Assembly: GCA_963700285.1 (NCBI GenBank)
Contig: CAVOXA010000001.1
Coordinates: 992,001-1,056,000, forward strand
Direction of reading: 5' to 3'
DNA: 64,000 nucleotides
Source of the DNA: an uncultured Chloroflexia bacterium
GTDB lineage: Bacteria; Chloroflexota; Anaerolineae; JAAYZQ01
Positions within the stretch are counted from its first letter, which is position 1. Each line of letters begins with the position of its first letter. Below are positions 29,613 to 39,540 of this stretch, piece after piece. The position numbers and the translations under genes were made by a program. The notes below the pieces were generated by a model. The model ran no database searches and was not told the origin of the DNA. It saw only the letters and a program-made list of their open reading frames with translations.

Positions 29613-30758
29613 TCATGCCTCGGAAAGTAGCGCTGCTGGACCGGCATTCTCCTCGTCCAGTTCAGGCTTATCGGGCGCGGACCAGATCTTGCGCCCAAGG
29701 ATGAGGATCGCGGCAACGACCAGCGCCCAGACCAGCAGACCATAGATCCCGACGCCAAAGCTACGTACAGGGTCATCCGCTCGAACCACCATCAGGGTCA
29801 GGAAAGACAAGACCTGGTTGTTCAGCGCGTGGAGCCAAGCCGCGAGCCAGATGCTCCCTGACACGAGCACGGCAAAGCCAAAGAAGAAAGCCAGGGCGAT
29901 GGTATACAGCGTCATCAACAGTATCCCAAGTACTGGATAGCCAGGGTAGTTGTGGCCCATGGCGATTATGGGGGCATGCCACAGGCCCCAGATCACGCCT
30001 ACAAGCAGGATGCCGCGCACTTTGCCCAGCTTGACCAGCTCACCCTGCAGGTAGCCCCGCCATCCGTATTCCTCGCCAAAGGCAATGAGTAGGGCCAGGA
30101 AAGGGGCAAGCAAAACAGACTGCACGCCGGTCACCAACAAGAGTGCTGCGTTCGAGATGCCCTCCATACCTGTGGCCTGGCCGCCGGCCAGTTCCTTCAG
30201 CATGATCTGAGCGTCGACGGTCTGGCCCAAGCCAAACAGGAGGTTCAGCCCCGCCATGGCTACATAGATAAGGGCGAGCACAGTGCCGAAAAGGACCCAG
30301 TATTTCACCTTTCCACCGCTCAGCCCCACCCGGCCGAAAGCCTCCTTCCCCGAGAAGATGCGCAGGACGACCAGAAAGACGAGTCCTCCAATGCTTAGCG
30401 CCTGGACGATCACACTGGCGATGGTCTGGTAGGTCTTGTCCGGGACAAAGAGAACGCTCAGGGCCAGGGCGGCGTACACCGCGGCGTAGACCAGGTATAA
30501 GTAAAAGAACCAGTGGGGCCGCTCCCGGAGATGGTAGATGCGACTGCTTCTAAACAGGAATAGCTGGAGGGCGATGGCGACCGTAGCCGGGATCAGCATC
30601 TGTACCTGAAGAATCAGGCCCGTCCCCGCGTTCTGACCGTAGCTCTGGGTTTGATACAGCAATAGGTTCAAAGCATAAGTGAGGCCGAAGGTAAGGCCCA
30701 CAAAGAGCGTCACCTGCCGCCAGTTGACTCGTGATGTCTGCGTCTGATTTGCTTGCAT
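29613..30758 (-). CDS. CPBP (Abi/CAAX) intramembrane glutamic metalloprotease
   Basis: GEEYGWRGYL, WGLWHAP, HALNN; many TM helices. Confidence 0.9.
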   Translation of the reverse strand: MQANQTQTSRVNWRQVTLFVGLTFGLTYALNLLLYQTQSYGQNAGTGLILQVQMLIPATVAIALQLFLFRSSRIYHLRERPHWFFYLYLVYAAVYAALALSVLFVPDKTYQTIASVIVQALSIGGLVFLVVLRIFSGKEAFGRVGLSGGKVKYWVLFGTVLALIYVAMAGLNLLFGLGQTVDAQIMLKELAGGQATGMEGISNAALLLVTGVQSVLLAPFLALLIAFGEEYGWRGYLQGELVKLGKVRGILLVGVIWGLWHAPIIAMGHNYPGYPVLGILLMTLYTIALAFFFGFAVLVSGSIWLAAWLHALNNQVLSFLTLMVVRADDPVRSFGVGIYGLLVWALVVAAILILGRKIWSAPDKPELDEENAGPAALLSEA

Positions 30759-31063
30759 TAAACACCTTTCTTTGCTGAAACGTTTTCATTTGCTTGCTGG
30801 ACCGAAGCGCAGCGCCGAGCGCAGTGTGGGTGGCTAGCAGTAGACCCGGGACATACATGATGGCCTAGCCCGGAACTGTGCTTCCTCAGCGCTAATCCGC
30901 CTGAATTGTACCACGGCTTGCATGGCCTTTGCTGACATTGGGCTGACAACAGGAAACTAGAACCGGGGCAGATCCTGGCATAGCAAGGCTCCTACCTTCC
31001 GGTTAGGGCCTGTACGTTCGGGTAACGTGTCCCTGGCTGCGTGCGGGCTTGAGCTTGGTTCGC

Positions 31064-32233
31064 CTATTGTTTCTTGCCCCACCCCTCTCGCAGCACCCTG
31101 AGCACGTTTTGGCCCCAGATCTTGCCGATTTCCTCAACGTCATAGCCTTCGGCTATCATTCGCTGGGTGAGATTGGGAAAGAGCGAAGCGTCGCTCAAGT
31201 CATCGGGGGGATCGGTAAATCCGTCAAAGTCACTGCCGATGGCGACGTGGTCGATGCCCGCCACGCGGACGAAATGGTTGAGGGTACGGGCGATAAAGTT
31301 CAGGCCACGTTTCGTCTCATGGGGCATCAGCCAGTAGTTCATAAAGATCACGCCGGCCACGCCGCCACTGTCTGCTATCTTTTTTATCTCCCAGTCTTTT
31401 AGATTGTAGGGGCTGGGGTTGACCTCGTAGGCGCCGACATGCGAGGCGATGATGGGCAGGCGGTTGCCAACGATTTCATAGATTCGTCTGCGGGCAGGCG
31501 GTGTGCAGTGGACGATATCCAGGATCATGCCCAACTCGATCATCTCTTCAATGACTTCTTCCCCAAAGGGCTTCAGCCCCAGTGCCACGTTGCGGCCCCC
31601 CTTGAAACAGCCCAGGTTCTGCACGCTCTCGGGAAAGGGAAAACAGGGATGTACAGCGTCGTTCTCGTAGAAATGGCCCAAGGTCAAGTAGGCAGCACCC
31701 CGGTCGAACAGGCGTTTCACGTTGCCAATGTCGCCGTCCAGGCTGTGGGCGCCCTCGATATTGTGAACCACGGCGATGGGCCTGTCGTCGCCCATCGCCA
31801 GGATTTCGTCCAATTCCTGGACCGTCCGAGCTACCCTGGCCAACGGCTTCCCGGTCTCGGGGTCTGCAGCCTCCCCTATCTGTCTCTCCATCGTGTCCAT
31901 CATGTCGGCAGTGACATCAAAGTAGGTTCGCGAGAAGACCCGTTTCCAGGCGGAGGGCAGAACGTAGCGCAGCATTCTTAGGTACCGGCATTCTTCCAGT
32001 ATGCCCTTTTCGGGCGCATAGATGGTGGAGAGGAGGACGTCGAGGCCGCCTTCGCGAAGCTTGGGAAAGTCGGTGCGGACGCCAAAGGGATCAAAGGAGC
32101 GGCTGGCCCGGAACCGCGACGTGAGTGTCCGGTTGAAGAGCGATGCCTTCAACGACGGGTGCGCATGCAGATCGACGATGGTAGAATCTACGAAATGTGT
32201 CTTTCTCCAAGCGGGAGTGCTGTCCGTGACCAT
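31064..32233 (-). CDS. Membrane/renal dipeptidase family (peptidase M19)
   Basis: VDLHAH, IEGAH, DIVH, IASH, IGSDFDG, GQNVLRVL; TTGACC-17-TATGAT promoter upstream. Confidence 0.88.
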   Translation of the reverse strand: MVTDSTPAWRKTHFVDSTIVDLHAHPSLKASLFNRTLTSRFRASRSFDPFGVRTDFPKLREGGLDVLLSTIYAPEKGILEECRYLRMLRYVLPSAWKRVFSRTYFDVTADMMDTMERQIGEAADPETGKPLARVARTVQELDEILAMGDDRPIAVVHNIEGAHSLDGDIGNVKRLFDRGAAYLTLGHFYENDAVHPCFPFPESVQNLGCFKGGRNVALGLKPFGEEVIEEMIELGMILDIVHCTPPARRRIYEIVGNRLPIIASHVGAYEVNPSPYNLKDWEIKKIADSGGVAGVIFMNYWLMPHETKRGLNFIARTLNHFVRVAGIDHVAIGSDFDGFTDPPDDLSDASLFPNLTQRMIAEGYDVEEIGKIWGQNVLRVLREGWGKKQ

Positions 32234-32518
32234 GGCTGTCTCCCTCCCTAGGTCTTTAGCCCTATCATACCACACTTGGGGTGCCAGGTCAACTAATCGA
32301 TAAATAAATGTTTCTACTATATTTTAGCTGATTACAATGCTTTTTCCGCAGTAGTTCTGTCGTTCTCCCTTACTTGAGATGCTCATCTCGGACTTGTAGC
32401 CGTGACCTACCGGTCTGCGATGCCGTTTCCGTCGGTGGAGATCCAAAGTCATGGGCAGTACGTACGGTCGGGGGTCTCCCGTTTCTGTCTTTGGCCTGAC
32501 TGTGCTATAATTCTCACA

Positions 32519-33664
32519 ATGATACGAATGAATGCTTTTCTTTGTGCAACATGCGGACAGACCTATCCTCTTGACACACGCAATTGGCGATGTGCCTGCG
32601 GCGGGCTTTTCGACCTGCAAAGCTGGCCGAATTTTGACATAGAGTCCGTTGATGTGACCCAAAGCGGTCTGTGGCGCTACCGGAAGCTGCTGCCCCTGGA
32701 CCCGGCCTGGGCGCCCGTCACGCTGGGTGAGGGGAACACACCCCTGGTTTCGGTGGACTGGGACGGGCTACCGCTCCTGTTCAAGCTAGAGTCCGTGGCG
32801 CCCACTGGGTCCTTCAAAGATCGTGGTGCGGCCGTTTTGGTCACGGCCCTGCGGGGACTGGGCGTCGAAAGGGTAGTGGAGGATTCTTCGGGCAACGCTG
32901 GCGCCAGCCTGGCCGCGTACGCGGCGCGCGCGTCCATTGGCTGTGAGGTCTGCGTCCCCCACCCCGCCGCCAGACCCAAGGTGGCGCAGATGACAACCTG
33001 TGGCACGGAGGTGATCCAGATCAAGGGCAAGCGGGAATATGCGGCCCTTGCTGCCTGGGCTGCGGCCGCCCACGGGGCCTACTATGCCAGCCACGTCTAC
33101 AGCCCCTACTTTCTGGCTGGCACGGAGACCCTGGCCTACGAGCTGTGGGAGCAGTTGGACCGGCACTCACCATCCGCTGTCCTCCTGCCGTTGGGCAACG
33201 GGACCCTGCTCTTGGGCATCTATCACGGGTTCCAGCGGCTCTGTGACGCAGGCTTGATCGCGCGCCTGCCGCGCCTTTTCGGCGTCCAGGCGGAGGCCTG
33301 CGCGCCCATCTACCGGGCCTTTGTGGAAGGGCGTGACAGCATCGAGTCCCGTGAATCGGCGCCGACCATCGCCCGGAGCATCGCTATCCTGTACCCGGCC
33401 CGGGGTGCCCAGGTCCTGGCCGCGGTGCGGGCTACGGGTGGGGCCATCTTCTGCGCGGGCGAAGAGGAGATCCTGGCTGCCCGCAACCAACTGGCCCGGA
33501 GAGGGTTTTATGTGGAAGAGACTGCGGCAGCTGCGCTGGCAGTACTGCCTGATCTGGGCGAATTGCTGAGCGGCTCGGCTGGGGAACCTATTGTCGTACC
33601 TCTGACGGGGCACGGTCTCAAAACTAGTGCCGGACCCGGTACAAGCATGGGACTTGATACCTGA
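32519..33664 (+). CDS. Threonine synthase-like PLP-dependent enzyme with an N-terminal Zn ribbon
   Basis: CATC..CACG, TLGEGNTP, PTGSFKDRG, EDSSGNAG, LTGHGLK; TATAAT 7 nt before the ATG. Confidence 0.82.
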   Translation: MIRMNAFLCATCGQTYPLDTRNWRCACGGLFDLQSWPNFDIESVDVTQSGLWRYRKLLPLDPAWAPVTLGEGNTPLVSVDWDGLPLLFKLESVAPTGSFKDRGAAVLVTALRGLGVERVVEDSSGNAGASLAAYAARASIGCEVCVPHPAARPKVAQMTTCGTEVIQIKGKREYAALAAWAAAAHGAYYASHVYSPYFLAGTETLAYELWEQLDRHSPSAVLLPLGNGTLLLGIYHGFQRLCDAGLIARLPRLFGVQAEACAPIYRAFVEGRDSIESRESAPTIARSIAILYPARGAQVLAAVRATGGAIFCAGEEEILAARNQLARRGFYVEETAAAALAVLPDLGELLSGSAGEPIVVPLTGHGLKTSAGPGTSMGLDT

Positions 33665-33684
33665 CAAGGAGAAGATCGAGATCG

Positions 33685-34926
33685 ATGGAGAGTAAACGTG
33701 TTGTCATAACCGGAATGGGCGTCATTTCGCCCCTGGGCCTGGACGTGCCTACCATGTGGCAGAATGCGGTAGCAGGCCGTTCGGGTATTGGACCCATCAC
33801 GCTCTTTGACGCCAGTGAATTCGAGGTACGCTTTGCCGGAGAGGCCCACGGCTTTGATGCGACCGACTATATGCCGGCCAAGGAGGCCCGCCGGGCGGAC
33901 CGCTTTACTCATTTTTCCGTCGCTGCGCTGGAGCAAGCGCTGGCTCAATCGCGTCTGGTTATCGACGAGCACAATGCCCACGACGTGGGCGTGATCATGG
34001 GCTCGGGGATCGGCGGTGTCGAAAGCTACACGAGGGAGCTTGAGGTACTGCAGACTGAAGGCCCGCGGCGGGTGAGTCCGATCTTGGTGCCGATGATTTC
34101 CATTGACATTCCCGCCGTGCAGACCTCGCTGCGTACCGGCGCCCGAGGGCCCAATATGGGGATCTCCTCAGCCTGTGCGACCAGTGCCAATGCCATCGGC
34201 CAGGCCTACGAGACCATTCGCCGCGGCCATGCGCGGGCCATGTTCACTGGCGGTTTCGAGGCGGCCATCGTGCCCATTGCTTTGGCCACCTTTACGCGCA
34301 TGCGCGCCTTGTCCCGCCGCAACGACGACCCGGCTGGCGCCAGCCGGCCCTTTGACGCCAACCGCGACGGATTTGTGATGGCCGAGGGTGGAGCGCTGTT
34401 CGTCCTGGAGGATCTAGACTTTGCCCTGGCGCGGGGCGCGGAGCCGCTGGCGGAATTGGCTGGCTATGCCTCGACCTCAGACGCCATGTACGTTACCGCT
34501 CCCGATCCCGAGGGCGTCGGCGTGGCTCGCTGCATGACGCTGGCCATGGAAAGAGCCGGGGTCGGTCCAGGCGACGTGTCCTACATCAACACCCACGGCA
34601 CCAGTACCCTGCTGGGCGATCCGGCCGAGACCCAGGCCATCAAGCGCGCCTTCGGCGAGTTTGCCTATCACGTGCCGGCCAGCGCCACCAAGTCGATGCA
34701 CGGCCACCTCATCGGGGGCACCGGGGCCCTGGAGGCCGCTATCAGCGTGCAGGCCATACGCGAGGGCATCATCCCGCCGACCATCAACCTGGAGACCCCT
34801 GATCCGGATTGTGACCTGGACTATGTGCCCAACCAGGCGCGCCAGGCCGATCTGGATGTTGTGCTCTCCAATTCTATTGGCTTTGGTGGACATAATGCAA
34901 CGCTGGTGCTGAAGGCGTACCGGTAG
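33685..34926 (+). CDS. fabF: 3-oxoacyl-ACP synthase II
   Basis: RVVITGMG, SACATS, SRPFD, NTHGTST, KSMHGHLIG, GFGGHN. Confidence 0.95.
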   Translation: MESKRVVITGMGVISPLGLDVPTMWQNAVAGRSGIGPITLFDASEFEVRFAGEAHGFDATDYMPAKEARRADRFTHFSVAALEQALAQSRLVIDEHNAHDVGVIMGSGIGGVESYTRELEVLQTEGPRRVSPILVPMISIDIPAVQTSLRTGARGPNMGISSACATSANAIGQAYETIRRGHARAMFTGGFEAAIVPIALATFTRMRALSRRNDDPAGASRPFDANRDGFVMAEGGALFVLEDLDFALARGAEPLAELAGYASTSDAMYVTAPDPEGVGVARCMTLAMERAGVGPGDVSYINTHGTSTLLGDPAETQAIKRAFGEFAYHVPASATKSMHGHLIGGTGALEAAISVQAIREGIIPPTINLETPDPDCDLDYVPNQARQADLDVVLSNSIGFGGHNATLVLKAYR

Positions 34927-34987
34927 CACAAACATGTCTCTTGATCGTTCAATATCATCGAAGAAAGGAGTCCTGGACGGAATCCGG

Positions 34988-35038
34988 GGAACTAGAGGAA
35001 CCAAGGTATCTTGGTTCCTGCAGTGCCTTTGGTTCCCA
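34988..35038. repeat. Imperfect intergenic palindrome (REP-like)
   Basis: GGAACTAGAGGAACCAAG...CTTGGTTCCT...TTGGTTCCC. Confidence 0.45.
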
Positions 35039-35046
35039 ATCCCACA

Positions 35047-35829
35047 ATGAGCAAGCTACCTGAACTCGAGCGCGATCTGGGTTTTTCCTTCGCTGACAAG
35101 AGCCTGCTTCAGCGGGCGCTGACCCACCGCTCGTATCTCAATGAACACCCCGAGTTCTCCCTGGAGGACAACGAGCGCTTGGAATTCCTGGGCGACGCGG
35201 TGTTGGACTTTGTGACGGGTGAGTACCTGTACCATCGTTTCCCCGAGATGGCCGAGGGATCCCTGACCAATCTGCGATCAGCCCTGGTCCGGCGCGAGAC
35301 GCTGGCCAGGTTCGCCCAGGCCTATGGCTTGGGCAGCTACCTGCAGATGGGGCACGGTGAGGTGGAGAGCGGCGGGCGCCAGCGCCCGGCCACGCTGTGC
35401 GCGGTCTTTGAGGCGCTGGTGGGTGCCCTGTACCTCGACCAGGGGCTGGATCCTGTCGTAGCTTTTATTGAACCGCTCATTGGACCCGAGGTCGGGCGTA
35501 CGCTGGCGGGCAACCTGGACAAGGATGCCAAGAGTCTGCTGCAGGAGCTGGCCCAGGGCCGGATGCACCGCACCCCCCGCTACGTGACCGTGGCCGAAAA
35601 CGGGCCCGATCATGCCAAAGAGTTCGTCGTCCAGGTGACCATCGATGGTGTGGCCTACGGTAAGGGCAGAGGCCCCAGCAAACAGCGCGGAGCGCAAGCT
35701 GCCGCCAGCGATGCCCTCGATCGTCTGGCAGCGGGTGGCGGCGAGCTGTTGCCCCCCCCTTCGCCGCAGCCGGTGCCGCTCGCAGAAGATGCCGATGAGA
35801 TGGACGAGGAGGGAAGTGAGGGCGTCTAG
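35047..35829 (+). CDS. rnc: Ribonuclease III
   Basis: ALTHRS, NERLEFLGDAVL, FEALVGALYLD, dsRBD (KSLLQE, GPDHAKEF). Confidence 0.97.
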   Translation: MSKLPELERDLGFSFADKSLLQRALTHRSYLNEHPEFSLEDNERLEFLGDAVLDFVTGEYLYHRFPEMAEGSLTNLRSALVRRETLARFAQAYGLGSYLQMGHGEVESGGRQRPATLCAVFEALVGALYLDQGLDPVVAFIEPLIGPEVGRTLAGNLDKDAKSLLQELAQGRMHRTPRYVTVAENGPDHAKEFVVQVTIDGVAYGKGRGPSKQRGAQAAASDALDRLAAGGGELLPPPSPQPVPLAEDADEMDEEGSEGV

Positions 35830-35832
35830 CCT

Positions 35833-36708
35833 ATGGACCGCACGCTGCTGATCACCGGCGGCAGCGGCTACCTGGGCTCTTGCCTGGTCAGGCAGGCTCG
35901 GGAGGCTTGGGACGTCGTGGCCACCTATTTCTCCCACCCCATAGTGATACCCGGCAGCCGCTGGCTGCCCCTAGACATCCGCAACGGCGCCGCTGTGGCC
36001 GGCCTGCTGGCTGAAATCCGTCCCGAGGTTGTCATCCATACCGCCTTTGACATGAGCGCGCCCCCGGCCATGCAGTCTGTCATCGTCGACGGCACGCGCC
36101 ATGTGGCCTCGGCCGCGGCCCGCACCGGCGCTCGCCTGGTCCACCTGTCCACCGATGTGCTCTTTGACGGCGAGGCTGGCCCCTACGCCGAGGGCGATCC
36201 GCCCAACCCGGTCACGCCCTACGGCCAGGCCAAGGCCGCCGCTGAGCAGATCGTAGCCGAACACTGCCCGCAAGCATCCATCGTGCGCACCTCCCTCATC
36301 TACGGCTTTGAGCCACTCGATCCCCGAACCCTGTGGGTGGTGGACAGCGTCCGTCAGCGTCAGCCCATCACCCTTTTTGCCGATGAATTACGCTGCCCGG
36401 TTTGGGTTGAGCAATTGGCTGTTGCCCTCTTGGAGCTGACGTCCGGAGAGCACAGTGGCATCTGGCACCTAGCCGGCCCCCAGTCCCTCAGCCGCTACGA
36501 TTTCGGCCAGCGCCTGGCCCGTTTTTGTGGTCTTGACCCGGCAGGCATCACCTCCGGTCTCAGCCGCGACAGCGGCTTCCACCGCCCCCGCGATTGCCGC
36601 CTGGACACGAGCAAGGCTCAAGCAGAGCTGGCTTTGCCGCTGTGGGGAGTAGATGAGGTGTTGGCGCATGTGAGCGGTCGGCGCTCTGTACCTAGTAGTC
36701 TGGGCTAG
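35833..36708 (+). CDS. RmlD-like SDR (dTDP-4-dehydrorhamnose reductase family)
   Basis: TGGSGYLG, HLSTDVLFDG, YGQAK, RPRD. Confidence 0.8.
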   Translation: MDRTLLITGGSGYLGSCLVRQAREAWDVVATYFSHPIVIPGSRWLPLDIRNGAAVAGLLAEIRPEVVIHTAFDMSAPPAMQSVIVDGTRHVASAAARTGARLVHLSTDVLFDGEAGPYAEGDPPNPVTPYGQAKAAAEQIVAEHCPQASIVRTSLIYGFEPLDPRTLWVVDSVRQRQPITLFADELRCPVWVEQLAVALLELTSGEHSGIWHLAGPQSLSRYDFGQRLARFCGLDPAGITSGLSRDSGFHRPRDCRLDTSKAQAELALPLWGVDEVLAHVSGRRSVPSSLG

Positions 36709-36710
36709 AT

Positions 36711-36741
36711 CTCACCGCAGAGGCGCAGAGGACACTGAGAA
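36711..36741. repeat. Short intergenic repeat element (CACCGCAGAGGCGCAGAGGACACTGAG)
   Basis: Internal GCAGAG repetition; resembles REP-like elements I recall from Chloroflexota, Planctomycetota and cyanobacteria. Confidence 0.45.
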
Positions 36742-36907
36742 GACAACAACGAATTGGGAATAGAACGAATGGCCCCCCGGTCGGTAGTTCGTTCCATTCT
36801 CAATTCGTTGTAGTGATCTCCGGACCTCCCGCAAAATACGGGAACGGGCGCCTGTGCTGGTGAGACCTGGCAGGTTGCGGAAAACCTGCCAGGTCCACGG
36901 TGGGAAT

Positions 36908-36978
36908 CATGACGTGAACCGGCATAAATAAACCGGTTCATGACGTGCCATGTCGCCAAACTGTGGTATAATGGGCTC
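36908..36978 (+). promoter_or_regulatory. Leaderless promoter of the WYL gene with TGTCGC-N10-TATAAT and an operator-like palindrome
   Basis: TGACgtgccaTGTCGC caaactgtgg TATAAT gggctc ATG. Confidence 0.65.
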
Positions 36979-37977
36979 ATGGCAAACGTAGCGACGCGGC
37001 TTTTCTCCATCATTTTTCTCTTGCAATCGCGGGGCACCCTGAAGGCTACCGAGCTTGCGGAGGAGCTGGGTGTCTCGGAGCGTACGGTACACCGTTACAT
37101 GGGCATGCTGGACGAGATGGGCATCCCCATTTACTCCGAGCGCGGACCCTACGGCGGCTTTTCCCTCGTGCGCGGTTACAAGCTGCCGCCCCTGGTCTTT
37201 ACCCCTGAGGAGGCCACGGTCCTCTACCTGGGTGCGGAACTGGTCCAGGACATCTGGGGCCTGTCCTACCACGATGCTGCGGTGGCGGCCCGGGCCAAGC
37301 TGGACAATGTCCTGCCCGACGCGCTGCTCCAAGAGGTGCGCCAGGCCCAGCGAGGGTTGCTGGTCACCCCTTGGTTCCGGCGGGACTATGGGCCTTGGGC
37401 GCCCATGCTGGACGATCTGCGCCGTTGTGTGGCTCGGAGGCGGCAGGTGTGCCTGGTCTACCGCTCCTTTCGCCAACAGATCACGGAGCGGATCGTCGAT
37501 CCCTATGCCCTGGCCCTGCAGTGGGGATACTGGTACCTGGCTGGCTACTGCCATCTGCGGGGCGAGCTGCGTACCTTCCGGGTGGACCGCGTGCAGGCGA
37601 TCGAGCCCACAGGCGAGATCTTTGAGATCCCGCCCGATTTTGCGGCGCGCGAGTACCTGCAGCGCATGGCTGGCGAGCGTCCAGCGGTCTATTACCGGGT
37701 GGTGGTCCGCTTTGATCCCGCGGTGGCCCACGTCGTCCGCGAGCGGCGGGACGAGTGGCAGACGCTCACAGAGAACAGCGACGGTTCGGTGACGCTGGCC
37801 TTTGACGCCTCAGACCTGGCCTGGCCTTGTCGCTGGGTCCTGACCTACCAGGACAGCGCGACCGTCGTCGGTCCGCCCGAACTGGTCTTGATGGTGCGAG
37901 ATGCGGCCCTGGCCACCGCCGCCCGCTACAGGGAGCATGGGGAGCAGCCGGCTGGCTGGACGAACCCTCCGGGGTGA
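36979..37977 (+). CDS. YafY/PafBC-family HTH-WYL-WCX transcriptional regulator
   Basis: LAEELGVSERTVHRY HTH, RGPYGGF, FTPEEA, WYLAGYC, RTFRVDR. Confidence 0.93.
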   Translation: MANVATRLFSIIFLLQSRGTLKATELAEELGVSERTVHRYMGMLDEMGIPIYSERGPYGGFSLVRGYKLPPLVFTPEEATVLYLGAELVQDIWGLSYHDAAVAARAKLDNVLPDALLQEVRQAQRGLLVTPWFRRDYGPWAPMLDDLRRCVARRRQVCLVYRSFRQQITERIVDPYALALQWGYWYLAGYCHLRGELRTFRVDRVQAIEPTGEIFEIPPDFAAREYLQRMAGERPAVYYRVVVRFDPAVAHVVRERRDEWQTLTENSDGSVTLAFDASDLAWPCRWVLTYQDSATVVGPPELVLMVRDAALATAARYREHGEQPAGWTNPPG

Positions 37978-38017
37978 GTTTGCCTTTCCGGCTGCGGCGT
38001 GGTATCATTTGGCCGGC

Positions 38018-39514
38018 ATGGAACAGAAACAGAAAGATATCGCAACGTCGACGCACAGCAAACGGGCCACCGGCTGGATCCTGCTCATCTGCGCACTGGC
38101 CGCGGTGGCCACGGCTGCCATCTCCTATTTCGCTTTCGAGCGGCTGGCCCACCTGGAGGATGAGGTGGCCTACCTCTTCCAGGCCAGGACGATGGCTATG
38201 GGTCGATTGACAGTGCCCTCGCCCTCGCAACCCGATGCTTTCTGGACGCCCTTTGTACTGGATCACAGGGGCCAGCGCTTTGGCAAGTACCCGCCAGGCT
38301 GGCCGGCGGTCTTGGGCCTGGGCGAATTGGCCGGGCTGGCCTGGTTGGTCAACCCCCTGCTGTCGGCGCTGGCACTTTACCTGGTCTACCGCCTGGGGCG
38401 GACTCTCTACGACGAGCGAGTGGGCCTTGTGGCGGCCACCCTGGGCTTGCTGTCTCCCCTCTTTTTGGTATTGGGAGCCTCCTACCTGTCGCACATGGTC
38501 GCGCTGGTGTGGCTCTTGCTCTTTAGCCTGTGGTTCGTGTGGACGGCGCAGGGCCGTAGCGGATCGTACGCCATTGGCGCTGGGCTGGCGCTGGGCCTGG
38601 TCTTTCTGACCCGCTCCTTGACTGCCGTGGCCTTTGCCGCGCCCTTTGCCCTGTATGCCCTGGTTCAGGTTGTCCGGCGCGAGCAGGAGTACTGGCCGCG
38701 CTACCTGCTGGTCGCCCTGGGCGGGGGAGCCGTGGCGCTCTTGCTGCCGGTCTACCAGTGGGCGATCACGGGTGATCCGTGGCTGAATCCTTACCTGCTG
38801 TGGTGGCCCTATGACCGCATCGGCTTTGGCACGGGAATCGGCGCCATGCCGGGTGGCCACTCGCTCCGCTACGCCTGGATCAACCTCAAGCAGGACCTGT
38901 CGCGTTCGGCGACTGACCTTCTGGGCTGGCCGGCATTGAGCTGGCTGCCCCTGGTACTGGGTTTGTTTCTGCGCCCCCGCCGGCGGCGAGACTGGCTCCT
39001 GCTGGCGCCCTTTCTCTGCCTGGTCATTGCCTACATCTTTTACTGGATCGGTTCCCCAGAGCGTCTGTGGGGACCGCGTTACTATTTTGAGGGCTTTGGT
39101 GTATTGTGGCTGCTGGGCGCCGTCGGACTGCTGAAGACGTGGGATTGGGCCAAGGAACGGCCGCGGTGGGTACGTCCGGCTTTGGCCGGAGCGCTGGCGG
39201 TCATGGTAGCTGCCAACCTGGCGACCAATCTGCCTTTCCGGCTGCAGGAGGCTCATGGCTTCTATGGCATCAGCCGCGCCCAGATGGCGCCCATCGAAGC
39301 GGCGGACCTGCACAACGCCCTGGTCATTGTCTACGCCGAGCGCTGGCTAGAGTACGGGGCCATGCTGGGCCAGATGAGTCCCACCCTGGACGATGATGTT
39401 GTCTTTGCCCGGGGTGATGGCGCCCTCACAGCAGACATCATCGCCGCCTTCCCGGGCCGGACAGTCTACTATCTGACCGGCGGCCAACTCTCGCCAGCCA
39501 CAGAGCAACCCTGA
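38018..39514 (+). CDS. ArnT/PMT-like (GT-C fold) membrane glycosyltransferase
   Basis: EDEVAYLFQA, KYPPGWP, many TM helices, GPRYY. Confidence 0.75.
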   Translation: MEQKQKDIATSTHSKRATGWILLICALAAVATAAISYFAFERLAHLEDEVAYLFQARTMAMGRLTVPSPSQPDAFWTPFVLDHRGQRFGKYPPGWPAVLGLGELAGLAWLVNPLLSALALYLVYRLGRTLYDERVGLVAATLGLLSPLFLVLGASYLSHMVALVWLLLFSLWFVWTAQGRSGSYAIGAGLALGLVFLTRSLTAVAFAAPFALYALVQVVRREQEYWPRYLLVALGGGAVALLLPVYQWAITGDPWLNPYLLWWPYDRIGFGTGIGAMPGGHSLRYAWINLKQDLSRSATDLLGWPALSWLPLVLGLFLRPRRRRDWLLLAPFLCLVIAYIFYWIGSPERLWGPRYYFEGFGVLWLLGAVGLLKTWDWAKERPRWVRPALAGALAVMVAANLATNLPFRLQEAHGFYGISRAQMAPIEAADLHNALVIVYAERWLEYGAMLGQMSPTLDDDVVFARGDGALTADIIAAFPGRTVYYLTGGQLSPATEQP

Positions 39515-39540
39515 GTCCCAAGTCCTAAGGGGAGGTGGAG

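Noticed and set aside
35833-36708. RmlD-like gene as the rhamnose supplier for Arg-type EF-P
   Set aside because: It is 18 kb from efp, with no rmlABC or earP in the window, so the link is unsupported.
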